Shown here piece by piece: positions 30,117 to 41,192 of a stretch of 64,000 nt of DNA. This DNA is from an uncultured Bacteroidales bacterium (GTDB lineage Bacteria; Bacteroidota; Bacteroidia; Bacteroidales; UBA10428): NCBI GenBank assembly GCA_964503885.1, contig CAZDCD010000013.1, forward strand, positions 50,696 through 114,695. Reading direction: 5' to 3'. A program made the translations under genes and the position numbers. Every line of letters starts with the position of its first letter. Positions within the stretch are counted from its first letter, which is position 1. The notes beneath the pieces were generated by a model, which saw only the letters and a list, made by a program, of their open reading frames with translations, ran no database searches and was not told the origin of the DNA.

Positions 30117-30619
30117 CAGGCAAGTTTTGACTGATATAATGCATAATTCTCGTTATCGAAACAAACAAAGATTACCTGCCTAAGGTTTGACGAAGTTTCT
30201 GAAAACTTTCTGACTTCGCGTATGGCTATTTCCGCTGCCAGGTCTTTTGGGAAGTGGTAAACTCCGGTGCTGATATTGGGAAAGGCGATGGCTCCCAGCT
30301 TCATATTTTCAGCGATTGACAAACTGCCTGAATAGCAATTTGCCAGGAGTTGTTCTTCGTTATTATGCCCCCCGGTCCAAACCGGACCAACTGCATGGAT
30401 GATAAATTTCGCAGGAAGGTTATACCCGTTGGTTACCTTTGCTTTTCCGGTCTCACAACCGCCCAGTTGCCTGCATTCATGAAGCAATCCCGGACCTGCT
30501 GCACGATGAATAGCACCGTCAACCCCGCCGCCGCCAAGCAGTGAGGTATTTGCAGCGTTAACAATGGCATCAACTTTTAAACAGGTGATATCACCCTGTA
30601 TGAGTTCAATCGTATACAT
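30116..30619 (-). CDS. Macro-domain protein (O-acetyl-ADP-ribose deacetylase / YmdB-like)
   Basis: 167 aa. GDITCLKVDAIVNAANTSLLGGGGVDGAIHRAAG, IIHAVGPVW, AFPNISTGVY. Its stop overlaps the next start (TGATG). Confidence 0.9.
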   Translation of the reverse strand: MYTIELIQGDITCLKVDAIVNAANTSLLGGGGVDGAIHRAAGPGLLHECRQLGGCETGKAKVTNGYNLPAKFIIHAVGPVWTGGHNNEEQLLANCYSGSLSIAENMKLGAIAFPNISTGVYHFPKDLAAEIAIREVRKFSETSSNLRQVIFVCFDNENYALYQSKLA

Positions 30620-30652
30620 GGTCTGAGATTCCGGTTAAATCATTCAATATGT

Positions 30653-33112
30653 TTAGTGCCGTATCTGGGCTTTCAATTCTTTTTCAAAAGCCTTCATAAA
30701 ACCATTCATTACCTTATCGATATCAGTATCGGTAAGCGTTTTTGTCTCATCAAGGAGGGTAAAGCTCACCGCATATGACTTTTTGCCTTTTTCAATTCTG
30801 TCGCCTTCATATACATCAAAAAGGTTGATTCGTTTTAGTAACCTCGTTTCGGTTTTAAAGGCTAGCTCCCTGATCCGGCCATATGTCACCGATTTATCCA
30901 GGATCATCGAAAGGTCCCTTTTCACTTCGGGATACTTCGGCAACTCTGAAAACATTATCTTATGCGATTTTACCAATTCAAGAACATTGTTCCAGCATAT
31001 ATCGGCAAAAAATACTTCTGCCTTGATATCAAAGACTTTGGTTATCTGACGGGAAACAGTTCCCAATTCTGAAAGCAAAATCGGTCCCTGATGCCAGGCC
31101 AATCCTTCACCAAAAATATCGGATTTGGCAGATAAGTTTGTGCTTTCAAGTTCATCGATATCAATACCAATCCTCAAAAGAATACTTTCGACATACTTTT
31201 TAAGTGTGAAGAACGAAGTGTGCTGTTCGGGTGTGTTCCAGTTGGGCTCATGGGTCCGGCCGGTAACAAAGACCGCCATGTGTTGTATCTCGTCGTATTT
31301 ATCCAGGGGAGTCTTCCCTTTATTCTCTTCGTTGATGAAATAACAGGTACCGAATTCATACAGCTTGAGATCGGGATTTTTACGGTTGGTATTGTGGACA
31401 ATGGTTTCAAGTCCCCCGAATAACAAAGTCTGTCTCATTACATTCAGATCATTGCTTAACGGGTTATAAATATGCACAAGTTTTTTATGATCATACGATT
31501 TCAGGTCTTCATAATATTGGGCCCGTGTGAGCGAATTGTTCATGATCTCGCTGAACCCGTTCGCGCTGAGGTGGTCGGATACAATATTCACAAGCTTTTC
31601 CCGGTCGGGTCTGTCGGTATAGGAAATGGATGCATGCAGTTCCTTGCTGATCTCCACATTATTATACCCGTATATCCGCAGGATCTCTTCAATAACATCG
31701 GCTTCACGGGTTACGTCTACCCTGAAGGGAGGGACGGAAACCTTCAGTTCTGTGTCGTTCTCATGAATTATTTCAATTTCAAGAGAGGTAAGGATCTGTT
31801 TAATGGTATCGTGATCAATATGTTTGCCGATCAGCCTGTCGATGTGTGCATATTGCAGATCGACCGTAACAGCTTTAATGGGTTCGGGATACACGTCTAC
31901 CAGGTCGGAATCGATCTTACCTCCGGCAAGCTCACGTATGAGCTGGGCGGCTCTTTTAAGTGCATATACTGAGTTATCAGGATCAATTCCACGTTCAAAC
32001 CTGAATGAAGCATCGGTACTGATTCCGAGCCGCCGGGCTGTTTTACGCACAGAAACCGGATTAAAGTATGCGCTTTCAATAAAAACATTTCTTGTTTTTT
32101 CTGTAATACCTGTATTCAGTCCGCCAAATACTCCCGCAATACCCACAGGCCGCTCGGCATCACATATCATCAGGTCTTCGCCGGAAAGCTCATGTTCCTG
32201 TTCATCGAGGGTGATAAAAAGTGTACCGGCGGGAAGGTTCTTCACGACGATTTTTCTGCCCGCCAGCAGGTCCGCATCAAATGCATGAAGGGGTTGTCCC
32301 AGTTCATGCAGTACAAAATTGGTAATATCCACCACGTTATTGATCGGATTCAGACCAATAGTCAGGAGTCTTTTTTTTAACCAGCCGGGTGAAGGCCCCA
32401 CATGAACCCCGGTAACGGAAATACCGGCATATCTTTTACACGATCGCACATTCTCTATGATCACTGTTACCGGATAATTGACCGCGTCAATGCTGAATGC
32501 AGAAATATCAGGTTTTCTGGCTCTGATATTCCCCGACCGGCTAAGAAAAGCTGCCAGGTCGCGGGCAACGCCGTAGTGAGACCCTGCATCTATTCTGTTG
32601 GGCGTCAGCCCGATTGTAAATACAGTGTCGTTTGTGATCTGGTAATATTCCCTGGCAGGGATCCCTACAGGCACTGAATCTTCAAGAACGATGATCCCAT
32701 CGTGGCTGGTCCCGATGCCAATCTCGTCTTCGGCACAAATCATACCCTCGGATAGCTCACCACGGATTTTGATCCGTTGAATGGTCAACTGCTCATCCCC
32801 TTTATACAGCGTAGTCCCTGGGGGGGCAACCACAACTTTCTGCCCCTCAGACACATTGGGTGCTCCGCATACAATATGCAGGGGCTCTCGCTGACCAATA
32901 TCCACAGTAGTAACGTGTAATTTGTCGGCATTCGGATGCTTTTCACAGGTCAACACTTTGCCGGTGACAAGCCCTTCCATTCCGCCTTTTACCTCTTCGA
33001 TCTTTTCAACGGCTTCTACTTCCAGCCCGATACCTGTGAGAACAGCAGAGAGCTGTTCAGGCGTGAGATCAACATCAACATATTCTTTTAACCAGCTGTA
33101 CGAAATATTCAT
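30653..33112 (-). CDS. pheT: Phenylalanine--tRNA ligase beta subunit
   Basis: 819 aa. MNISYSWLKEY start. tRNA-binding, B3/4, B5 and FDX-ACB domain order. Confidence 0.97.
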   Translation of the reverse strand: MNISYSWLKEYVDVDLTPEQLSAVLTGIGLEVEAVEKIEEVKGGMEGLVTGKVLTCEKHPNADKLHVTTVDIGQREPLHIVCGAPNVSEGQKVVVAPPGTTLYKGDEQLTIQRIKIRGELSEGMICAEDEIGIGTSHDGIIVLEDSVPVGIPAREYYQITNDTVFTIGLTPNRIDAGSHYGVARDLAAFLSRSGNIRARKPDISAFSIDAVNYPVTVIIENVRSCKRYAGISVTGVHVGPSPGWLKKRLLTIGLNPINNVVDITNFVLHELGQPLHAFDADLLAGRKIVVKNLPAGTLFITLDEQEHELSGEDLMICDAERPVGIAGVFGGLNTGITEKTRNVFIESAYFNPVSVRKTARRLGISTDASFRFERGIDPDNSVYALKRAAQLIRELAGGKIDSDLVDVYPEPIKAVTVDLQYAHIDRLIGKHIDHDTIKQILTSLEIEIIHENDTELKVSVPPFRVDVTREADVIEEILRIYGYNNVEISKELHASISYTDRPDREKLVNIVSDHLSANGFSEIMNNSLTRAQYYEDLKSYDHKKLVHIYNPLSNDLNVMRQTLLFGGLETIVHNTNRKNPDLKLYEFGTCYFINEENKGKTPLDKYDEIQHMAVFVTGRTHEPNWNTPEQHTSFFTLKKYVESILLRIGIDIDELESTNLSAKSDIFGEGLAWHQGPILLSELGTVSRQITKVFDIKAEVFFADICWNNVLELVKSHKIMFSELPKYPEVKRDLSMILDKSVTYGRIRELAFKTETRLLKRINLFDVYEGDRIEKGKKSYAVSFTLLDETKTLTDTDIDKVMNGFMKAFEKELKAQIRH

Positions 33113-33338
33113 GGATCAAATATTTGGATACTGTTTACTACGATCAGTTCGTAACGAAAGAACAAAAATAAGAAAATTTATATTGCTGCTTTTACAGGTT
33201 TACAGATTTAATAAACAACGCTCTGATACCCATAGCAAAACGATAATTCTTTATATTTTTATTTAGAATTGTTCCTAATAATTTGCATATTAAGATATTT
33301 ATATCTTTATTTGTATCCAATTAATGCAATTTTTTTCC

Positions 33339-33446
33339 ATGAAAAACAACAGTGGCAAAATCAGGTATACTAAGAGCACACCCACAATTCACCTTCATTC
33401 CTTTACTACTCTTGACTTTATGTGTTGCTGCTGTTGTTTTTGTTAA
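33339..33446 (+). CDS. Small ORF (35 codons) ending MCCCCCFC; candidate cysteine-codon leader peptide
   Basis: ATG 33339 to TAA 33444-33446. Translation MKNNSGKIRYTKSTPTIHLHSFTTLDFMCCCCCFC. Six Cys codons fall in the last seven sense codons (33423-33443). It lies 118 nt upstream of the sulfhydrylase ATG. Too short to appear in the ORF track. Expression is unproven. Confidence 0.3.
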   Translation: MKNNSGKIRYTKSTPTIHLHSFTTLDFMCCCCCFC

Positions 33447-33478
33447 TTCATTCCCTCAGCAAATTTGAATCCTTTGAT

Positions 33479-33486
33479 TACTTTTG
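33479..33486 (+). promoter_or_regulatory. Candidate -7 box (TACTTTTG) upstream of the sulfhydrylase gene
   Basis: Exact TAnnTTTG match, 78 nt upstream of ATG 33564. It lies downstream of the Cys-rich ORF, which matters for interpreting that ORF. Confidence 0.4.
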
Positions 33487-33494
33487 GGGGATGA

Positions 33495-34874
<1,380 letters not shown>

Positions 34875-34921
34875 AAAAATTTGAGAGGAAGAATGTAGTG
34901 TCACTTTCTTGCCTCAATCTG

Positions 34922-37900
34922 CTATTTGAGAATTCGGAGAAATCTCCGACGTGCAAAACGTCTTAACCTGATGTTTTCAATGTAGCTGATGAGCTTCTTT
35001 AGCAAGTTGAAATACAGCACCACATAAAGAAAAAATACCGAAAGCCAGATGCGTATTATATTGAACCAGAATGTATCTATGATCAGGTTTCCCAAAAGTT
35101 TTGCCGGTGCATAGAACTGTGATCTGCCGATCTTTGAATCGGAGATCCTGTAGACCGGGTCTTTAATCTGTACGAGCTCATCGGATGTCTTCCTGAATTC
35201 AAGAATTTCATTCTCTTCAAGGACTATAGACGCAAGTTTTTTATTGTAATATTTCTGCTTGAATTTTACAAAGTTATCCACTCCGCCGAGCTCCCCGATC
35301 AGGTCTTCAAAGAGTCCCTCTTTACCTGCAGTTGCCCGCCGGTATTCGCCTGTAGCAAATTCAGCGGCCCTGTTCAGGTATGCATTCAGGTTATCATTCA
35401 CCTGTTTGGAAAAGTGCTCAAGGTTCAGGCCGTCAATTATTTCACCTGCATTTATCGCTGTCTTTTGCGCAATTTTTACAAGCTCGTTTTTCAGTATTCT
35501 AAGGTTTTCACCGGTCTGCGAATAATTCCGGTTGTTTTTAAGATTGAGCAGGCTTTCATCACCGAGTGATCGTAATTCAGGAATTACATACGATTTAATG
35601 TATGCGCTGTTGCTTAGTTTCGAATCATACTCAAAAAACATCCGCTCAAAACGGTTATCGATATACTGGGTAACCATTAACGCTTCATAAGCCCAGCGTG
35701 ATGTAATAATATCCCCGATCAGAGGCACATATTTCTCGGTTTTTATGCGATCGTTCATATTGCGGAAATCAATGACCACACCACTGAACAATAGCTGGGG
35801 CACAAGTATAAGGGGTACAAGAATATAGATGGTGACCACAGAATTGAATCCTGAAGAAATATTCAGTCCGATCAAATTCGCCCAGCAGGCACTGGTGAAT
35901 AAGATCAGGAAATACCGCCATTCCATGCCTCTTATTTCGAGGATGTACGTAGCCACTGCAACAAAGAGGAGTGTCTGAACAGCCGATATGATAATCAATA
36001 CCAGGATCTTGGCGTTCAGGTAGCTCGATCGGCTCAGGTTCAGGAATTTTTCCCTGTTGAGTAGTTTCCGGTCCCTGAAAATCTCCTCGGCGCTAATTAC
36101 AAGTCCGAGAAAGAGAGCAACAATAATGCTCATGAACAGGAATCCGGGAATATTCGGGTTTTCCCCGAATAGGTAACTTTCAGTTTGTCCCCTCATATCT
36201 CTTGAGCTTCGGGTAAAAAACGCCAGGATAAGAGCCAGTACAGGGGCTTCCAATAGGGTGAGCAGAAGGTATTGACGGTTCTCCAGTTTGGCCAGAATAT
36301 CCCTGGTAAAGAATATCCTGAGCTGTTGTATTTTTTTTGGTATGCTGAAATCGCTTGTTGGCAGCACTGATGTGAACGATCTTTTGATCCTTCTGATGAT
36401 GGGATCAATATTTGTCATGTACATCTCGTACCATTCCTCCGGCGAAGTTTTGCGTTTACGGGTAAGCCTGCCGTTAACATCCACAACCCGTGCTTCAACG
36501 TTCCTGAGTATCTGGTCGGTATTTATGTTTCCGCAGGTCAGGCATTCGCTTTCTTCGACATCGACAAAGTTGCTCATTCTCTTAAAATATCCGATGGCAT
36601 CAACAGGGTTACCGTAATAAATTACTCTTCCTCCCTGATCCATGACCAGAAGTTTGTCGAGCAGTTTGAATATATCCGACGAAGGCTGATGGATATTGGC
36701 GAAGATCAGTTTGCCTTTGAAGGTCTGCCTTTTGAGCAGGTACATCACCTTTTCAGTGTCTGCAGAAGAAAGACCCGATGTGGGCTCGTCAACAAAGAGT
36801 ATGGCGGGTTCACGCATAAGTTCAAGGGCAATATTCAGCCGTTTACGCTGTCCGCCGCTCAGGTAGGTTGTCTGCGAATCTCCCACGCGCAAACCGCGGG
36901 CCTCGAACAGATCAAAATCGATCAGCGAGTCTTCCGCAACTTTCAGGATTTTCTCCTCACTATAATTGCCGAAACACAATTTTGCATTATAGTAAAGATT
37001 CTGAAATGTGGTAAGCTCCTTGATCAGGAAATCGTCCTGCGGTACATACCCGATCAGCCCTTTTTGTTCTTCGTGATGGGTATGTATATCAAGACCGTTA
37101 ATGGCAATGCTGCCTCTTTTTGGTTTCAGGTTACCGCAAAGTACTTTAAGGAGAGTTGACTTTCCCGATCCACTTCCGCCGATGATCCCGATTAACCTCC
37201 CTGATTCTTCGGTCAGGGTGAAACGTTTTAATCCGTTGGGGCTGTTGCCATAGGAAAACTCAATATTCTTGGCGGTAAAGATAAATTTTGATTTTGCCTT
37301 CGATTGTATGAACTTGCCGGATATCCAGGTATAATAAATTGACTCTGCCTTGGGGTTTTTCAGCACCGATCCCGGATACCAGATATAATTCCTGTTTGTG
37401 CGGATATTGTGACCGTTAAGCAGCAGGGTTTCATTACCTTTGTACCGCATCACAAAGGTATTGGTACTTACAATGTGCAGTACGAGTATAATGCCTTCAA
37501 GCCTTTCGTTATACAGATGCTTGATCTTCGGGCCTATTTTCTTTTGTGAATTGATCAGCAACAGATTTTCCTTGTGTACGATCTCATCAATCCTTTCAAA
37601 GGTATAAGCTTTGAGATCATTGAATTCACTAAGCTCAACTTTCAGGTAAACGGCGGCATGGTCAACAAAAGCCAGTTCCTGCCGGGTAAGTTTTTTATCC
37701 TCATTAATATAATCGAGGAGGTTGATCAGAACGATTATTTTCTGCTCCCTCTGCAATTCCTCATTAAGCTGATCACACAATTCCTTAAGCCTGCGTTCAA
37801 TCGCAGTTCCGTGGAATTTGTCTGAATCGGCTTTGTTTTCTAGCCCCGGCGAATGGTATTTAACAACATGCCGATCGAAATACTCAATGTAGTTTTCGAC

Positions 37901-38032
37901 AAGTTCGTTACTGAACTGCTTCTGCAAGAATTCGATGACGATATCGCGTTCAGTGCTTGCCTGTCCTTCTTCGTTCACATTTGCCACAAGAGCGAACATT
38001 TTCATCAGGGCTTGCAGTATCGATTCATTCAT
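34922..38032 (-). CDS. ABCG-type (NBD then ABC-2 TMD) transporter with TerB-like and FHA-like N-terminal extensions
   Basis: Walker A GGSGSGKST, signature LSGGQRKRLNIALE, Walker B ILFVDEPTSGL, C-terminal 6-TM ABC-2 domain. The N-terminal ~290 aa are helical TerB-like repeats plus an LLLNGHNI...PGSVL FHA-like segment. I place the start at MNESILQ (38032) because a hairpin with T-run covers the longer ORF start at 38095. Confidence 0.8.
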   Translation of the reverse strand: MNESILQALMKMFALVANVNEEGQASTERDIVIEFLQKQFSNELVENYIEYFDRHVVKYHSPGLENKADSDKFHGTAIERRLKELCDQLNEELQREQKIIVLINLLDYINEDKKLTRQELAFVDHAAVYLKVELSEFNDLKAYTFERIDEIVHKENLLLINSQKKIGPKIKHLYNERLEGIILVLHIVSTNTFVMRYKGNETLLLNGHNIRTNRNYIWYPGSVLKNPKAESIYYTWISGKFIQSKAKSKFIFTAKNIEFSYGNSPNGLKRFTLTEESGRLIGIIGGSGSGKSTLLKVLCGNLKPKRGSIAINGLDIHTHHEEQKGLIGYVPQDDFLIKELTTFQNLYYNAKLCFGNYSEEKILKVAEDSLIDFDLFEARGLRVGDSQTTYLSGGQRKRLNIALELMREPAILFVDEPTSGLSSADTEKVMYLLKRQTFKGKLIFANIHQPSSDIFKLLDKLLVMDQGGRVIYYGNPVDAIGYFKRMSNFVDVEESECLTCGNINTDQILRNVEARVVDVNGRLTRKRKTSPEEWYEMYMTNIDPIIRRIKRSFTSVLPTSDFSIPKKIQQLRIFFTRDILAKLENRQYLLLTLLEAPVLALILAFFTRSSRDMRGQTESYLFGENPNIPGFLFMSIIVALFLGLVISAEEIFRDRKLLNREKFLNLSRSSYLNAKILVLIIISAVQTLLFVAVATYILEIRGMEWRYFLILFTSACWANLIGLNISSGFNSVVTIYILVPLILVPQLLFSGVVIDFRNMNDRIKTEKYVPLIGDIITSRWAYEALMVTQYIDNRFERMFFEYDSKLSNSAYIKSYVIPELRSLGDESLLNLKNNRNYSQTGENLRILKNELVKIAQKTAINAGEIIDGLNLEHFSKQVNDNLNAYLNRAAEFATGEYRRATAGKEGLFEDLIGELGGVDNFVKFKQKYYNKKLASIVLEENEILEFRKTSDELVQIKDPVYRISDSKIGRSQFYAPAKLLGNLIIDTFWFNIIRIWLSVFFLYVVLYFNLLKKLISYIENIRLRRFARRRFLRILK

Positions 38033-38082
38033 CTGTTGCAGTGTTTCCAGCACCTGTACTATGGTACAAATGTACGACTTAT

Positions 38083-38114
38083 AAAAAAAGCCCATTCCAG
38101 AAAAAGGGCTTTTT
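38083..38114 (-). terminator. Possible bidirectional hairpin with U-tracts between the lipoprotein gene and the ABC gene
   Basis: AAAAAAGCCC ... GGGCTTTTT. A-run and T-run flank a short GC stem, giving a U-tract on either strand. Confidence 0.4.
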
Positions 38115-38139
38115 ATTCGTGAAACTCAATTTTCAAAAA

Positions 38140-38270
38140 CGCAGTGCACTTGCCTGCCTGCCACAGACAGGCTGCAAGCAGGTTGAAATTTGAAAGTTGA
38201 ATCCCGCCCCAGGCGGGATCGGTTCCCCGTAACTCTGCTGCGGAATTAATTTCCAAAGCTTGCTTTGGGG
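38140..38270. repeat. Hairpin-rich intergenic block, diverged relative of the 61.3-61.5 kb block
   Basis: Consecutive short stems: GCCTG/CAGGC (38156-38172), ATCCCGCC/GGCGGGAT (38201-38219), CCAAAG/CTTTGG (38253-38268). On the minus strand it shares CCTGTCTG...GGCAGGC and TTCAAC strings with 61461-61482. Confidence 0.5.
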
Positions 38271-38311
38271 ATTCATACCCGTGATTGCCTGTGCCTGTTA
38301 AAATAATATTA

Positions 38312-39136
38312 CTAAGCAATAATGCTTGACCGGATGTTTTCGATGGCTTTTGAAATTTCATCGAGCTGTTCCTTTGTGAGGCTGTCTCCTGCTTTATCAT
38401 AAGATGCCTTCACATTTTCCAGGGCTTTGATATATCCGTCAATAAATTCATCACCGGCGTATTTCTTAAGTTCAGCAAGCACGATCTCGAGTGATTTTTT
38501 CTGATCGAAAATGATCTTTACGATCTCGGTATTGTTATATGTGTCATCCGAAATATGGGTGGCAATATACAATCCCTCGGCCCATACCCCGGTGAGCAAC
38601 AGAGCTGCCATCGACGGATCTCCCGCTTTAGCCATGGCTTTATATGCATCGTAGTACATATTTGTTACATAAACTACCAGAGTATCTTTATTTTCCAACT
38701 TTTTCCGTGTGCCTTCTTCATACAGGTCCTTGAAATCGATATTGATATCAAGCTGATCGATCAGCGTTTTCAGATTTTTAGAATACAACTGTATTTCCTG
38801 GGTTTTATTATAGGTGGAAACATAGGTCAGATCGGCGGCATAGGTGCCGAGATTGAGTGCCTTGTTTTTCTCGGTGTAATATTTGTCGATGTTCTTAATA
38901 GGATTCAGCACTTTACCTACATATGAAGCGCCAATATCCTCAAGTTTCTGATAAAGTTGAAACGGGCCAGGCAGGGGATAGACGATCTCTTTCAGATCGG
39001 CCATTATGCTGTCTTTGGATACCGTGGTAGTATCGGTTTCACCAGTACCCTGTGTGGAGGGTTTGCATGAATCCAGCGACAGGATCACCAGCATAACAGG
39101 CATAAGAATGGCAAGTACGGTTTTAACGAATTTCAT
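38312..39136 (-). CDS. Hypothetical lipoprotein (all-helical, no recognised domain)
   Basis: Signal peptide with lipobox LSLDSC. 274 aa with no motif I can name. Confidence 0.6.
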   Translation of the reverse strand: MKFVKTVLAILMPVMLVILSLDSCKPSTQGTGETDTTTVSKDSIMADLKEIVYPLPGPFQLYQKLEDIGASYVGKVLNPIKNIDKYYTEKNKALNLGTYAADLTYVSTYNKTQEIQLYSKNLKTLIDQLDINIDFKDLYEEGTRKKLENKDTLVVYVTNMYYDAYKAMAKAGDPSMAALLLTGVWAEGLYIATHISDDTYNNTEIVKIIFDQKKSLEIVLAELKKYAGDEFIDGYIKALENVKASYDKAGDSLTKEQLDEISKAIENIRSSIIA

Positions 39137-39298
39137 ATCACTTAATTTTAGGGTTACAAATCCGCTGCAAATATAAGGATTTTCTTTTTTTACGTTCCAT
39201 ACACAATGCTAAATTATCACTATGTTTTCATTTATGGCTCAGGGGCACTATGCATCAACACAAATAAATGTCTAAATTTGCCGGTTGAGATCGTTTGG

Positions 39299-40741
39299 AT
39301 GATGAGAACGGAAAAGGATTTTATGGGTGAGGTTCAGATCCCTGATGATGCCTTGTATGGCATTCATTCGGTGAGAGCACAAAATAATTTTCCTGATACG
39401 GGAAGGTTCTTCCGGGAATGGTTTCAGGCTATGGGTACCGTAAAACGGGCATGTTACCTGACGTTTAAGGAATTTATTCATGCAGCCAGGTCAAAATATG
39501 CCGCTTCCGGAATCACTGGCAGGTTTCCCGATGACCAGGTTGTGGAAGCACTTCATACAGCAGCCTGCGATGTAGAGAACGGCCTGTATTTCGACCAGTT
39601 TATTGTGCCGGCGATATCCGGTGGTGCCGGAACAAGCATCAATATGAATGTAAATGAGATAATCACCAATAGCGCATTAGTGAAAACAGGAAACAAGCCG
39701 GGCGATTATAACACAATTGACCCGGTAGAACATGCCAATATTTTTCAATCGACTAACGATGTCGTGCCAACTTCTCTTAAGTTGGCTGTAATGAAGCTCC
39801 TGAACCAGCTCGAAGAGGAGATTAACCGGCTCAGGGCAGTCATTGAAGAGGATGAAAAGAACACCCGGAACTACCTCAGGATAGGGTATACACAAATGCA
39901 GGAAGCCGTCCCTTCATCATTCGGCAGGTTGCTCAGCACCTATAACGATGCACTGTCGCGCGACTGGTGGAGGGTATCCAAATGCTTCGAACGGATAAAG
40001 ACCGTAAATCTCGGGGGAAGTGCCATTGGCTCGGGGATCGCGGTTCCCAGGTTCTTTATTATGGAGGCTATTCAGACGCTTCAGAGAATTTCCGGATTGC
40101 CGGTAACCCGATCGGAAAATATGTACGATTCCACAAGCAACCTCGATGCTTTTGTGGAGGTTCATGCTGTAATCAAAGCTCATGCGGTAAACCTGGAAAA
40201 GATGGTTGCCGATCTGAGGCTACTCTCTTCCGACCTGCACAAACCAAAGGAAGTCGAAATTCCCGGTAAACAGGTGGGCAGTTCCGTAATGCCGGGGAAG
40301 GTGAATCCGGTGATTCCTGAATTTGTGATCAGCGCGGTTCACAAGGTGTACAGCAACGATATGCTCTTAACCGGATTGTGCGGACAGGGATGCCTTGAAC
40401 TGAATGCCTATATCCCCGTGATAGGGCATGCAATCATTGAAAGCCTGAAACTATTGATTGCTGCGGATCAAACCATAAAGGAAAATCTTTTCAGCGGCAT
40501 TCGCTATCATTCAGATATCGCCTATGCATACCTTATTAAAAGCCCGTCTGTTACTACTGCATTATTACCCTATATAGGGTATAACAGCGCCACATCACTG
40601 GCCCGGGAAATGAAAGAAAAGGAAATAGACGTGATTGAAGCCAACAAAAACCTGGGGTTGATCGATCCGCAGAAACTGAACGAGATCCTTCAACCCGAAA
40701 ACCTGCTTAAAGAAGGATTTTCACTGAAAGATATTCTATAG
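39299..40741 (+). CDS. aspA: Aspartate ammonia-lyase (fumarase/aspartase family)
   Basis: EKDFMGEVQIPDDALYGIHSVRA start region. Signature GSSVMPGKVNPVIPE. I place the start at MMRTEKD (39299) rather than the track start at 39206. Confidence 0.88.
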   Translation: MMRTEKDFMGEVQIPDDALYGIHSVRAQNNFPDTGRFFREWFQAMGTVKRACYLTFKEFIHAARSKYAASGITGRFPDDQVVEALHTAACDVENGLYFDQFIVPAISGGAGTSINMNVNEIITNSALVKTGNKPGDYNTIDPVEHANIFQSTNDVVPTSLKLAVMKLLNQLEEEINRLRAVIEEDEKNTRNYLRIGYTQMQEAVPSSFGRLLSTYNDALSRDWWRVSKCFERIKTVNLGGSAIGSGIAVPRFFIMEAIQTLQRISGLPVTRSENMYDSTSNLDAFVEVHAVIKAHAVNLEKMVADLRLLSSDLHKPKEVEIPGKQVGSSVMPGKVNPVIPEFVISAVHKVYSNDMLLTGLCGQGCLELNAYIPVIGHAIIESLKLLIAADQTIKENLFSGIRYHSDIAYAYLIKSPSVTTALLPYIGYNSATSLAREMKEKEIDVIEANKNLGLIDPQKLNEILQPENLLKEGFSLKDIL

Positions 40742-40815
40742 TTGCCGCTTAGCGATACAGCAACCATTTCCATTCATACGACCATAGAATTTGATAAAAT
40801 CACTATTTTTGTGTG

Positions 40816-41136
40816 ATGAGCAGAAAAGAACTGATATTGAAAAAGATTGTAGGTGTCATTGATAAAACAACTCCTGATTCAGAAGTATATTTATATGGAT
40901 CCCAGGCATGTGGTGATGTAAAAAAATTTTCTGATTGGGATCTGCTGATTTTACTTAATGCTCAGAACATTTCTTTTGACCTGAAAACCAAGTTTATGGA
41001 TGACTTGTACGAAATTGAAATTGAAACTGGAGTAATCATATCGCCTTTGATATACTCTAAAAAGGAATGGATCGAGAACTATTCAATTACTCCATTTTTT
41101 GAAAATATTAAGAAAGAAGGAGTACGTATAAAATGA
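40816..41136 (+). CDS. Nucleotidyltransferase-domain protein (MNT-type antitoxin of HEPN/MNT modules)
   Basis: YLYGSQACGDVKKFSDWDLLILL is the GS-x10-DxD minimal NTase motif. About 106 aa. Confidence 0.8.
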   Translation: MSRKELILKKIVGVIDKTTPDSEVYLYGSQACGDVKKFSDWDLLILLNAQNISFDLKTKFMDDLYEIEIETGVIISPLIYSKKEWIENYSITPFFENIKKEGVRIK

Positions 41137-41192
41137 AAGGAATAAAAAGAGATATTATTAGATATAGAATTTTAAGAGCCAGAGACACTTGA
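41133..41192 (+). pseudogene. Truncated HEPN-domain toxin remnant (19 codons)
   Basis: An ATGA overlap with the MNT stop starts MKGIKRDIIRYRILRARDT*, resembling the N-terminus of HEPN partners (x-YRLxKAxETL). The frame closes after 19 codons and no continuation is found in any frame. Confidence 0.45.

Noticed and set aside
40804-40811. TATTTTTG (TAnnTTTG match) immediately upstream of the MNT gene.
   Set aside because: It ends only 5 nt before the ATG at 40816, so a transcript initiating about 7 nt downstream would miss the start codon. Not reported as a promoter.
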